A stretch of DNA of 64,000 nucleotides from Chiloscyllium plagiosum. Taxonomy: Eukaryota. A model generated the notes under the pieces. It ran no database searches and had not been told where the DNA came from. It saw only the letters and a program-made list of their open reading frames with translations. A program made the translations under genes and the position numbers. Below, piece by piece: positions 52,575-64,000 of the stretch (its first letter is position 1; each line of letters opens with the position of its first letter). The DNA lies in NCBI RefSeq assembly GCF_004010195.1, contig NC_057718.1, forward strand, positions 18,313,689 through 18,377,688, written 5' to 3'.

Positions 52575-52695
52575 GAGAAAGTGAGGTCTGCAGACGCTGG
52601 AGATCAAAGCTGAAACTTTATTGCTGGAACAGCACAGCAGGTCAGGCAGCATCTAGGGAACAGAAGATTCGACGTTTCGGGCACATGCCCTTCTT
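52575..52695 (-). mobile_element. Short Penelope-terminus element with a decayed hammerhead
   Basis: 15-bp TSD caagatggtgctgag (52560-52574, 52696-52710); minus strand gaagaa-gggc-atgt-gccc-gaaacgtc. Confidence 0.88.
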
Positions 52696-53344
52696 CAAGA
52701 TGGTGCTGAGACTGGCAACTTTGTACACTTTTCATTGCACTCCTGTATTCCTGTACTCAAGTACATGTGACAGCAAAATCTAATCTAAATCTAGATGGGC
52801 ATTTCATGCCCACTTAAGGTCTTCCTTCCAGGTTTGCTGGTTTTACCCAGTGATGGATGCAAGACTCACCATGCTGGGAGTGAGACTAGCACTTTCAAGT
52901 TCTATGGAGATGCCCGGATTAGTTTTTAAACAGGGGTCACTGAAAGGTCAGTTTGTACATTGGATTTTTTTCCCTTTAAGAACTAACCATGTCTTTTCTT
53001 CTTTCATAGAAAAATTGCAGAGTGAAATTGATGATCTTGTCCCTTTAGCTGCTATATCTATGTGTTTTGAGGGGCTAAAATTTATACTTTCATGTTATGA
53101 TCGGTGAGTGTTAACCACTTAGGCATCATTGTCAAATAAATTTTAATTTATAATAAATTAATAATTTTGCGTTTATTAAAGAAATGTGCTTGATGGATCT
53201 TTTTTATTCTAAGTCTAATATAGGGACAGCATACAATGGGTAGTTACATCAGGAACTTGGTGAAACAATTGAAAATATGTTGGTGCAGTTCTGTTGTGGA
53301 TCGAAAGAGGGACAGAGCACTCCTACTTCTGTAATACCACATGC

Positions 53345-54300
53345 CATCCTGTAGATGGCATATGCTGCTGCTGCTCTGCATTGGTTATTAAGGGAATGAA
53401 CATTCAATGGTGGATGTGACTCCTGTAAGATAGCACTCGGAGCAGTCCTGTCCAGCGGCCTAGGCGAGCCGAGACTTTGGCCTCCAGCTCCTGCCAGTTG
53501 GCCTCTGCATTGGTTATTAAGGGAATGAACATTCAATGGTGGATGTGGTGGCAATTAAACAGGCTCCTTTGTCCTGAATGATATTCAGCATCTTGGCTGG
53601 CAAGTGAGGAGAATTTCCATGACAAGGTCAACTTGTGCCTTGTAGATGGTTGGCAGGCATTGGCGAGGTTGGGAGTGAGTTAGCAGCTGCATTTTTCCTA
53701 CGCTTTAATCTGCTCTTGCAGCCATAATATTTCTATGGCTGGTCAAATTCAGTTCCTTGTCAGTAGTAACCTCCAGAATGTTGACAATGAAGGATTCAGC
53801 GATGGCAATGCTATTGAATGTCAGGGCAAATGGTTAGATTCTCTCTTGTTGGAGATAATCATTGCCTGTCAATTACCTAGTGTGTATGTCACTTGATGCT
53901 GGAAACACAAGCCTGGATGTTATTTAGGACTCACTGCGATTGGGCATGGTATGCTTCAGGACCTCAGGAGTTACAAATGATGCTCAACATTGGACAATCA
54001 TTAACGAACAATCTCAGTTCTGACATTATGATGGAGGGAAGGTCATTGACAAAGCAACTGAAGATGGTAGGGCCAAGGTTTCTACCTTGAGGAACTCCTG
54101 CAGAGTTGTCCTGGAGCTGAGATGACTGACCTTCAACAACCACAACCATCTTCTTTGGTGTTTGGTGCCAGTGGAGAGACTCTTCCCCACCCACCCCCAC
54201 CCTGCTCCCTGGATCTCCATTGATTCTAACTTTGCTCAGCCTCCTTGATGCCACACTCAGATCAATGCTATCTAATTTCAAGATCAGTGACTTGCCTCAT
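53345..54300 (-). mobile_element. LINE (L2/CR1 group) RT fragment
   Basis: VPQGRNLGPTIFSCFVNDLPS...LFVNDC. Confidence 0.85.
53419..53502 (-). mobile_element. 84-bp internal fragment of a Tx1/L1-like ORF2
   Basis: Open 28 codons ANWQELEAKVSARLGRWTGLLRVLSYRS; flanked by a perfect 45-bp duplication. Confidence 0.75.
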
Positions 54301-54746
54301 GTTCATTCAATTAAGCATCAGGATGGGGAAAGTCATTGGCTCCAATATTTTTGGGGTAAGTAGGGAGAGAGTGAATAGGTCAGCTTTTCATTCAGGAACG
54401 CAGAAGTACACCTTTCCCTCAGGTCTGGCCTATTTTACCAGTAAGTTCCTAATTGACATTATTATTTTGTTCCCATTTTCCACTCAAAACTTGTTGAAGA
54501 CGGACTGTTGAAATTTGATAGACTTTTGGCGCTAATCTGTAACTGGAGAGAAGAGTGAGAGAGGAATTAAAAAGGACCAGATGTTGTGATAGAGATTGAA
54601 GGTTAGTGTCAAGCTAGCTTGGAGATTGGTATTAAGGGAAACTAAAGGCTGGTGATAGGGAAGATTGGAGACTGGTATCATGGAAGATCAGAGGCTGGAT
54701 TTGGAGGATACCAGAGGCTGGTGTTGTTATGGAGGCCGGATAATTT

Positions 54747-55110
54747 ATTTTATTCACTCATAGGACATGGGCATCGCTGGCTGGCCAGCATTTATTGCCC
54801 ATCCCTAGTTGCCCTTGAGAAGGTGGTGGTGATCTGCCTTCTTGAACCATTGCAGTGCATATGTTGTAAGTTGACCCACAACATCATTAGGAAGGGAATT
54901 CTAGGATTTTGACCCAGCGACAATGAAGGAATGGTGAAATATTTCACCTGACGAAAGGGCAGCCCTGGAATTCCCTCCCTAAGGGCATCGTGGATGTTAT
55001 TACAGATTGCAATGGTTCAAGAAGGCAGCTCACTAACAACTTCTCTGGGGCAATTAGGGATGTGTTATAAATGCTGGCCAAGGGAGTGATGCCCTCATCT
55101 CATGAATAAA
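54747..55110. mobile_element. Head-to-head LINE 3' tails (minus 54747-54945, plus 54965-55110)
   Basis: Same tail family as 20430-21060, in both orientations. Confidence 0.7.
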
Positions 55111-55491
55111 GTAGGTTCAGTCAGGAGTAAGTGATGGCTAAACAGTTAGACAACACATAGGTTTGGGAGAGTTTGAAGAAGGAATGATGCAGTTTGAATG
55201 AAGGAATGACACCAATGGTTCAATGCCGTGCTTAGAGGTGGCTAATGAGGAATGTAGCAGTGATCTGGCCAAAGTCACATCCTCTGCTCATTCTTCCCAT
55301 GTTCACCTTTAATTAGCAATAAAATGGAAAAGAATATGTGAATTGACTTGCTGTTGCCTTCATCATGCATACTTAAAGGAAACACAAGTCCTCTTCCTGA
55401 AGGATATTCCTATAAACAGCTGCTCTCCCTTAACGGTCTAGCTATTCCATCGTTATTGAAAAATCATAAGTTTCACTGTTGGCCATGCACC

Positions 55492-55880
55492 AGAGGCTGA
55501 GGGGTAGAAGTTTATAAGATCATGGAGGACATGGATTGGTAAATAGACAAGGTCTTTTCCCTGGGTTGGGGGGAGTCCAGGACTAGACAGCATAGGTTTA
55601 GGGTGAGAGGGGAAAGATATAAATGGGACCTAAGGGGCAACTTTTTCACACAGAGGGCGGTGTGTGTATGAAATGAGCTGCCAGAGGAAGAGGTGGAGAC
55701 TTCTACAATTACAGCATTTAAAAGGCATCTGGATAGGTATATGAAGAGGAAGGGTTTAGACAGATATGGGCCAAGTGCTGGCAAATAAGACTAGATTAGG
55801 TTAGGATATCTGGTTGGCATGGCAGAGTTGGTCCAAAGAGTTTGTTTCCATGTTGCAAATCTCTATGATGCTATGACTCT
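55492..55880 (+). mobile_element. CR1 3' fragment
   Basis: Similar to 5980-6370. Confidence 0.88.
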
Positions 55881-57195
55881 AAGATAAATAGTTATACCCT
55901 TATCATTAAACTCCCTTAGAAATTATAAAAACTTGTTCAAAATGCAAAAATCTGAAATAAATTATGTTGAAATACATACAAATCGCAGACCTTAAATCAC
56001 ATTTCCAAAAAGAAAAATGAAAATATATCTTTGTAAGACAATTACATTAGTTATCAAATATTATCTTCATACAACTTCTATGTCACACTTACCACAATAA
56101 TATATTGACAGTAAACTCAGAATGCATTGCAACTATATTTTACATAAGTAGATGGGCACCTCATCATTCAGTGTCCTTCAAAAGTGTTTTTGACAAGACA
56201 TCCACTATAACATTTTCTTTTCCAGACACATGAATGATTTTCAAATTATACGGTTGGAGAATTTAGCACCATCGACGCAATCATAAATTCTTGTCCCAAA
56301 AGTTTTCCAAGAAAGTCAAAGGATTGAGATCCATATAAATAACAGTTTCCTGCACATTGTTGCTGATATAAATGAGTGGATGATGTGCAGTGATCAGAAA
56401 GCAGCCTGAACCTGAATGAGGTGGATTTTGGTGAGATTGGAATCATATAAGAAGTCTGTCAAGGTCTAGCTCAACACTGGGAGCAACTTGTTGTAATTTG
56501 TAAGCTTTCGCCGAACCGCATGTCGAGTTTATTGAGGTTAATATTCAGTTTTCTATCCTACCAAATGTGCTACACAAGCTAGACATTGGGATTTGTTGAC
56601 ATCCGAAGTCAGATTGAGACTTCCGCTCACTGTTTGCTCCATTGCACTATGGGTACCAACACATGTATACCACATCCATGGGCACTGGCATATCGGAGGA
56701 GTTGTAGGCAGTGAGGAAGGATGTGGCAGGTTACAGCGGGATATAGATAAGCTGCAGCCTTTTAAATGTTGTAATTGTACCAGCCTCCAAAACTTACTCT
56801 GACAGCTCATTCCATACATGCACCATCCTCTGAGTGACAAGGTTGCCCCTTAGGTCCCTAATAAATCTTTCTCCTCTAAGCCTCAACTTTTGCTGTCTAG
56901 TTCTGGATTCGCCCACCCCAGGGAAAAGACCTTCTCTGTTCTATCTGCACAACAGCACACCTCCTGATTCTAGTAAAATGCTGATGGGGTAGGAGTGGCC
57001 CTTAATTTTTCACTTCATTGAATTTATTGGCCTTGTGGTAAGCATGGCCACACTACCACTTGCTAATGAATCATGATAGCAGAAAGACAATATTCTCCCC
57101 TCTTAATACATTCTGTACCATTTTATGAGGCCTCCTGCCTCCCAAACCAACTCACTGGGCTGGTAAAATTCAGCCTATGTTCTTTATGTTGCCTG

Positions 57196-57462
57196 TTACA
57201 AGGGGGCATAGCTTTAAATTAAGGGGGGGTAGGTATAGGACAGATGTTAGGGGTAGGTTCTTTATTCAGCAAGTCGTGAGTTCATGGAATGCCCTGCCAG
57301 TAGCAGTGGTGGACTCTCCCTCATTATGGGCATTTAAGCGGGCATTGGATAGGCATATGGAGGATAGTGGGCTAGTGTAGGTTAGGTGGGCTTGGATCGG
57401 TGCAACATCGAGAGCCGAAGGGCCTGTACTGCGCTGTATTCTTCTATGTTCTATGTTCTATA
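57196..57462 (+). mobile_element. CR1 3' end, young
   Basis: RGHSFKLRGGRYRTDVRGRFF..RVVSSWNALP-like peptide; near-identical to 39439-39705. Confidence 0.9.
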
Positions 57463-57849
57463 TGACATCTGCCAGCCTCTCAGAGCCCTCCTGGCACATC
57501 TCTGATTCACTCACAGTACACTTCCTCACTTTTGCATCTCAGCCAGCATTGACAACCCTCACTGTAATGCTGCACCCAGCCCTTGTCCAGCCTGTTCACT
57601 TCTTGTCATAGCACTCACTCACTCTGAGCCTACCTGGATGCTCACAGTATCTCTGCTTTACATTGCCTTTCTACACATTTCCCCCTCAGGCAGAGATACC
57701 AGGCAGAGAGTACTTCTGAGTTGCCTCGCTCATGGTTGTCAGTAGTTTTCAGTCAAGTCAATGAGATAGTCTTTGCCCAGGGACATTTGATGGGAGGTGG
57801 GTGCAGAGGCAGAGATATGGTGAGTGTGAGGCATCGGAATGGAGATGAC

Positions 57850-58085
57850 GGAATTAATGCTGGCAGAAGGGAGGAGGTCACTGGCCTTCCGACAGTGTTG
57901 TGCATTTCTCCACACAGCCAAGACTGCATTCACCTGGATGGTATCCTCAGGCCAGGCTGGTATGGTCTGATATAGTGGCCTCGTTTGCTGGCCCTGGGGA
58001 AAGAGACCCTGCTTCTGCACCATCTCATCCAGCTGGAGCTCCGGGTTTCTGTCACCAAGCAAGGTGGTAAAGGGCCCCTTATCTG
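57850..58085 (-). pseudogene. Myb/SANT-like DNA-binding domain relic, probably from a PIF/Harbinger transposon
   Basis: LDEMVQKQGLFP...TIPAWPEDTIQVNAVLAVWRNAQHCRK resembles the L..V......LF...W..I...VNA....R...QCRKK pattern; gggctgaatttt TIR-like end at about 58397-58408. Confidence 0.6.
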
Positions 58086-59739
58086 CCACATCGAAGGCAA
58101 ATGTTACTAACTGTGGACAGCAGGTGCAGATTGGTGGCATCTGTGCTGGTTCACAACATCCTATTAAAGATGGCACCAATGCCTGGAATGCTGGTCATTT
58201 CCAGGACATCCGGGAAGTAGTGAGTTGCTTTGAAAACAGTGAGTGACAAAAATAGGATTCAAGTGGACAGAAGTGTCACTAGAGGGTTAGGGTAAGTTGT
58301 CAATGTGATATGTTTGGCAAGATACAACCGGTCTTGTTAGCCCTCAGAACAGAAAACTGGCCAAAAATTTTAACGCAGTTGGAAATTTACCAAAAAAAAA
58401 TTCAGCCCATAATCACCTTTTCTACTGGAGAATATTATTGCTGATGTGTGGTCTGTTTCTTCGAAAAATAACTGACCGGCCATTCAATTCTCACATCGTC
58501 ATCCAGTACAACAATCCCCATACTAGTGTCACTTGCATCAAGACCTTAATGGAATCGAGTTTCATAATTAGTTTCAAGTAAAACCAGTGTCACTGTAAGC
58601 CTAGCTTCAAGTTATTAAAAGTACTTTGGCATATTCAAATTTTCAATCATTATTTTAAAGCTACAACAAAAGTATTGAAGTTCAGAACAAACTTACAATT
58701 GAATCTATATGTGACAACATAATGCAAAATTTCACACAGTATCATCAGCACAGGAGAACCTAAAATAGCCCCGACTTTCACTTAATTAGTGTTATTTGGT
58801 CTTGTCTCAAACTACAATCCAAGTAAATCACATTTGCTTTGACACACCTAGATTCACACCTAGTTAGATTTCTGTTGAGATTAGCTTTTTGAAACCAATC
58901 AAAGAGTTCAGTCATTTGGTGTAAATGTCTTTCCTTGTTCTGGTTAAAAACACCAAAATATTGATTAAAAGTAATTACTTAGTCCATCAGTAACTTTGTT
59001 GTTATATTTTTCTTTCCAAATGGCATGACTTTGTATTGATACATTCAATGTGCTGTTACAAAAGCTGCTATTTATTTGGGTCTATCAGTCAATGGAACTT
59101 GCCACTATTCTTACAGCAATTCTATTTTCTTGACAAACCATATGTGTCCAATTTGTTCAATGCAGTCTTCCAGTCTAGGATTAGGATGCGAGTCCACTTT
59201 TGTTGACATATTGACGATGTAATAATCAACACAGTATTTTGTGACCAATGCAGTTTTGGCATATAATGCTTCTTGAACTCCAGCTATAATGATTCAATAA
59301 TGTCAATGTTCAGCAAGAACTTAATCTCACTCATTTGATCTCAATTCTGGATTGAGTCTGTACAGGTGTTATTTTATAGGCAATGCATTGTCTAGATTAA
59401 AATAATGAAGTGCCAAAACTGTTTTTCTAGGCCAGTTCTCACAGATTGATCTATAATTCTGTGACAGCTTCATCAGTCATCTCAATTGTTTTCTAGAAGA
59501 TAAAGCATTATGTTATTTTAACTTTTTAAGGACCTCCATGTTTTCTAATCTAATTGTTGGAGGATCAACTTTTAAATTTTAAATTTCTGATTCATTTTCT
59601 AATTGTTCTGATATTTCTGATTCACATGCTACATCTTACACGACTGTATGCACACTTTCCCCATCTATTGGCCTTGTCATTTTAAAACATCACACTCATT
59701 GATTCATCTTCAGTCTGGAGAAGATCATTGAGTTTCTTT

Positions 59740-60239
59740 NNNNNNNNNNNNNNNNNNNNNNNNNNNNNNNNNNNNNNNNNNNNNNNNNNNNNNNNNNNNN
59801 NNNNNNNNNNNNNNNNNNNNNNNNNNNNNNNNNNNNNNNNNNNNNNNNNNNNNNNNNNNNNNNNNNNNNNNNNNNNNNNNNNNNNNNNNNNNNNNNNNNN
59901 NNNNNNNNNNNNNNNNNNNNNNNNNNNNNNNNNNNNNNNNNNNNNNNNNNNNNNNNNNNNNNNNNNNNNNNNNNNNNNNNNNNNNNNNNNNNNNNNNNNN
60001 NNNNNNNNNNNNNNNNNNNNNNNNNNNNNNNNNNNNNNNNNNNNNNNNNNNNNNNNNNNNNNNNNNNNNNNNNNNNNNNNNNNNNNNNNNNNNNNNNNNN
60101 NNNNNNNNNNNNNNNNNNNNNNNNNNNNNNNNNNNNNNNNNNNNNNNNNNNNNNNNNNNNNNNNNNNNNNNNNNNNNNNNNNNNNNNNNNNNNNNNNNNN
60201 NNNNNNNNNNNNNNNNNNNNNNNNNNNNNNNNNNNNNNN
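59740..60239. other. Assembly gap (500 N)
   Basis: Run of n. Confidence 1.
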
Positions 60240-60420
60240 AAACTAAACTACTTACATATAACACAAATTTAAATATTTTGAGCACATGGTAAAATATAAT
60301 TCCATTAATCCTAACAACACTCCTTTTCTTACCAGAGAGAATTTCCTGCTCTTTTTCAGCTACAGGACTTAATTTAACTGTGGCTTCAATTCCCTATATT
60401 GAGAATCTGATAGTCTCTTC
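60240..60420 (-). repeat. Near-identical inverted copy of 42868-43047
   Basis: About 180 bp with only a few mismatches by eye; abuts the gap. Confidence 0.9.
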
Positions 60421-60534
60421 AACACACTTCAAACAAATTACTGTGTGAAATTAAAAATAATAGAAAGGGCTGGAGAAACTCAGTAGGTCAGGCGCTGAAG
60501 CGTTCCAAAGAAGATTCATATTGGACTCAAACTG

Positions 60535-62305
60535 GAAAATGGCTTATACGACATGCCTGTTTAAGAAGGGAGCAAGGCAGAAACAAGAAACTACAGGCCA
60601 GTTAACCTGACCTTGGTCATTGGTAAGATTTTATGGTCCATAATTAATGATGAAGTTGCAGATTACTTGGAAGTGCATGATAAAGTAGGGGTAAAACAGC
60701 AGAGCTTTGCCAAGGGGCAGTCATGTCTGACAAATCCGTTAGAATTCTTTGAGGAGCTAACGAGAAAGTTAGGCAAAGGAGAACCAATAGACATGATCTA
60801 TTTGGATTTCCAGAAGGCCTTCGACAAGGTGCCACACAGGAGGCTGCTACGTAGATAAGAGTCCATGGTTTTAGGGGTAGGCTGTCGCTATGAATAGAGA
60901 ATTGGCTGACTGGCAGAAGGCAGAAAGTGGAGATAGAGGAGTCTTTTTCAGGATAGCAGCCACAGTGACTAATCGAGTTCCGCAGGAGTCAGTGTTGGGA
61001 TCACACTGTTCATGTAATAAATTAATGATCTGAACAAAGGGATTGAGGGCATTGTTGTTCATTTTTCAGATGATACAAAGATAAGTGGAGGGACAGGTAG
61101 AGTTGTGAAAGTGGGGAAGCTGCAGAAAGATTTGGACAGACTAGGAGAACAAACAAAAATGTAGTAGGTGGAATGCAGTGTGAGTAAGTGTGGGTTATGT
61201 ACTTTGGTAGGATGTATAGAGACTTAGACTATTTTCTAAATGGGGCAAGTCTTTGAAAATTTGAAGCACAAAGACACTTGTTGGAAGTCCTGGTTCAGGA
61301 TCCTCTTAAGGTTAACATGCAGGTTCAGTTGTCAGATAGAAAGGTAAATGCAATGTTTGCATTTATTTCAAGAAAGCCAGAATCAAAGAGCAGAGCTGTA
61401 CTGCTGAGGTTGTATAAGGCTCTAGTCAGTCTGCATTTGGAATATTATGAGCAGTTTTGGGCCCCATATCTAAGGAAGAATGTGCTGGCCTTGGAGGGAG
61501 TCTAGAAGAAGCTTACAAGAATGATCACAGGGATGAAGCGAAACGGTTGAGGGCTCTGGGTCTGTACTCGATGGAGTTTAGAAGGATGAGAGAAATTCTA
61601 ATTGAAACTAACAGAATACTGAGAGGTCTGTGTAAAGTGGACATGGAGAAGATGGTTCCAATAGTAGGAGCTACTAGCACCTGATGGCACAGCCTCACAT
61701 TGAAGGGACTACCCTTTAAAACTGAGATAAGAAATTTATTCAGCCGGAGGGTGGTTAATCTGTGGAACTCATTTCTGCAGAAGGCTGTGGAGGCCAAGTC
61801 ATTGAGTGTGTTTAAGACAGAGATAGATCTGAAGTGGCATGGTGGCACAGTGATTACCACTGTCACGTCAGAGTGCCAAAGACATAGGTTTGATTCTACC
61901 TTCAGGTGACTGTGTGAAGTTTGAACATTCTCCCTGTATCTATGCAGGTTTCCTCCAGTTGCACTGTTTTTCTTCTGCAATCCAAAGATGTGCAGGTTAA
62001 GTAGATTGACCATGCTAAATTGCCCATAGCATCCAGGGATGTGCAAATAAGGTGGGTTAGCCATGATACGTGCAGGGTTACTGGGATAAAGCAGAGGGTG
62101 GGTCTGGGTGGGATGCTCTTCAGAAGGTCGTTGTGGACTTGATGGGCTGAATGGCCAGCTTCCACACTGTAAGGATTCTAGATAGGGACCAACAATTATG
62201 GGGAGAAGGCAGGAGAGTGGGGTTGAGAAATATATCAGCCATTATAGAATGGCAGAGCAAACTTCATAGGCCGGAATTCTGTTCCTGTGTCTTATGGTCT
62301 TATGG
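60535..62305 (+). mobile_element. CR1 LINE RT-to-3' fragment split by HE1
   Basis: NYRPV.LT, YLDFQKAFDKVPHRRLL, YKALVSLHLEY.EQFWAPYLRK, FSRRVVNLWNS. Confidence 0.92.
61834..62180 (+). mobile_element. HE1-like SINE
   Basis: ggcatggtggcacagtg head, core and tail. Confidence 0.85.
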
Positions 62306-64000
62306 AAACACTAACTCTGTTTTTCTCTCTCCTCAGGTGCTGCCAGACATGATGAGCTTCTCCAGCACTTTCCATTTTCATTCCAAATTTCCGGCACCCA
62401 CAGTATTTTGCTTTTATTTGAAAAATTTACATTGTGACCTCTTTTGAAACGCTTCTGAGATTTGGCCGGATACTGAAGAACATAAACGCAAGCCTCCTTC
62501 TCAGTTGCTGAGGTCGGACCAATTTGCATTAAATCAATTGCATCTGTATCCTTAATGTTTCTGAAGTACAGTTTGCATTTGCAACATTGATATGCAACAA
62601 GCAAATTTAATCTAAAGGTCCAGGCACAAGCCACCTTCTGCATAATGATGCTAACAGAAGGAAGATAAAAGAACACTGTAGGTACACATAAACTGTGACT
62701 GTTATACATGAGAGAGAATAAAGAGTTAGCATGTCACTGAGAAGGGGACACTGAGCCTGGAAGTGATAAAGTATCACTTATTTGATTCAATAATCAAGCC
62801 TATAGCAAAGGAATTGAAATTGCATTTCTCTTCTGTGCAGTATAGGCTTAAAAGTTTAGTAGATCATCTCGCCCACCTCATTCAGTATACTTTAGCAAAA
62901 GGGTAATTATCCAACAGACATGCCTTCTTTAAATTTAATTTGCTTTGTATTTGCCGATGTGAAAGTTGCTCCAGCAGAGTTTTATACCCTCTAATGTGAC
63001 TGCAGAAATAGCAGAACTTTTCAACCAAATATAATGGTAATGGTTATGTTTAACGCAAAGGCATTTAGAGCTGTCAGTCTCTCTGTTAGAATCCTTGTTA
63101 GTGCCTGCAGTAATAGACTGCCTGAGATTACTGAGCCTTGTCATTTATTCTATCGTGATTTGCTGACGTGTTACTTTGCAGTGCAGGTTCCTTTTTTAGA
63201 GGCCAGTCAGCTCTGTGTTAAAGGTGCAGGGTGTTGGTGCTTTAGACTATTTAGCCTTGGTACTCTGAGGCTCTGAGGGATTGCTGACATTGAAATGTTT
63301 CCATAGTTCAGTTGAAGAGCTTGGGTTCAATTCTGGCAGCAATGCAATTGGTTTGCAGTCGTAAACGGCCTCATGAAAATATAGTAATGTACTTCCAGAT
63401 AATTTTTTTAATGAATTGTTTGATGGGATGTGGGCATCATTGACAAGTCCAGCATTTCTTGCCCATCCCAAATTGTACTTGGTCTAAGTTGTGAGGCTAT
63501 ATCGGAGAATAGTTAAGAGTCAACTACATAACTGTGGGTCTGGAGTCACACAAAGAATAGACCTGGATATGTGATATACTTCCCTAAAAGACACTTATAG
63601 ACTCAGAGTCATGGAGTCAGACCGCACAGAAACAGATCCCTCAGTCCAACTGGTCCATGCTCACCAAGTTTCCTGAACTAAACTAGCCCCATTTCCTTGT
63701 ATTTAATGGGTTTTTACTGGAATTAATGATGGCTTCATGGCCATTAATAGAGCTAGCTGTACATTCTGACATTCTGGGTTGAATTTGACTTCCACCAGCT
63801 GACGTGTGGAATTCCAGTTCTAATAACAGACACCTAATGTTCAAAAGACAGAAATATGACAACGAACAGATCTTTTATAGCTTCCCCCCAACTGAGAGAA
63901 CAGATGGGCCAAGGTTTAACATTTCTCTGAAACCTGGCATTTCCAACAGGTTCCCCTTCAGTACTGTGCTGGAGTTAACTTAGACTTTGTCCTCACATTC

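Larger units (their letters stand above)
56185..59735 (-). mobile_element. Decayed Gypsy (Gmr1-like) pol split by an insertion at about 56400-58408
   Basis: RT TKVDSHPNPRLEDCIEQIG...WQVPLTDRPK...YQYKVMPFG (about 59010-59210); RNase H DASD...PVSYFSKK...YSPVEK (about 58420-58545), continuing as MDLNPLTFL...RRW..LQPYNLKIIHVSGKENVIVDVLSK (about 56190-56340). Confidence 0.85.

Noticed and set aside
59725..60285. ORFs of 172-186 aa
   Set aside because: They consist almost entirely of the N gap

Overview
Eukaryotic, repeat-dense, apparently non-coding (intergenic or intronic) vertebrate DNA. The repeat repertoire (HE1/V-SINE-like SINEs, CR1/HER1-like LINEs, Penelope-like elements) points to a shark or other elasmobranch genome; this is inference. 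No host protein-coding gene could be supported. Most recognisable sequence is transposon debris: about 13 HE1-like SINEs, many CR1 fragments, several Penelope-like elements (PLEs), two decayed Gypsy LTR retrotransposons (one apparently with Gmr1-type INT-RT-RH order), solo LTRs, a Harbinger-type Myb/SANT relic, a 2.6-kb G-rich minisatellite and a 500-N gap. The most interesting signal is a family of short (about 115-215 bp), TSD-flanked, PLE-terminus-derived elements carrying minimal hammerhead ribozyme motifs (CUGAnGA-stem II-GAAA-C-GUC), including a palindromic double-hammerhead copy; a second hammerhead family is also present. Other oddities: a local inverted duplication fused to a Penelope insertion, an 84-bp Tx1 RT fragment inside a 45-bp duplication, a tandem array of Pol III A-boxes, and a 56-bp inverted-repeat element. 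Family names come from recalled motifs, not database searches. Boundaries are approximate unless a TSD is quoted.
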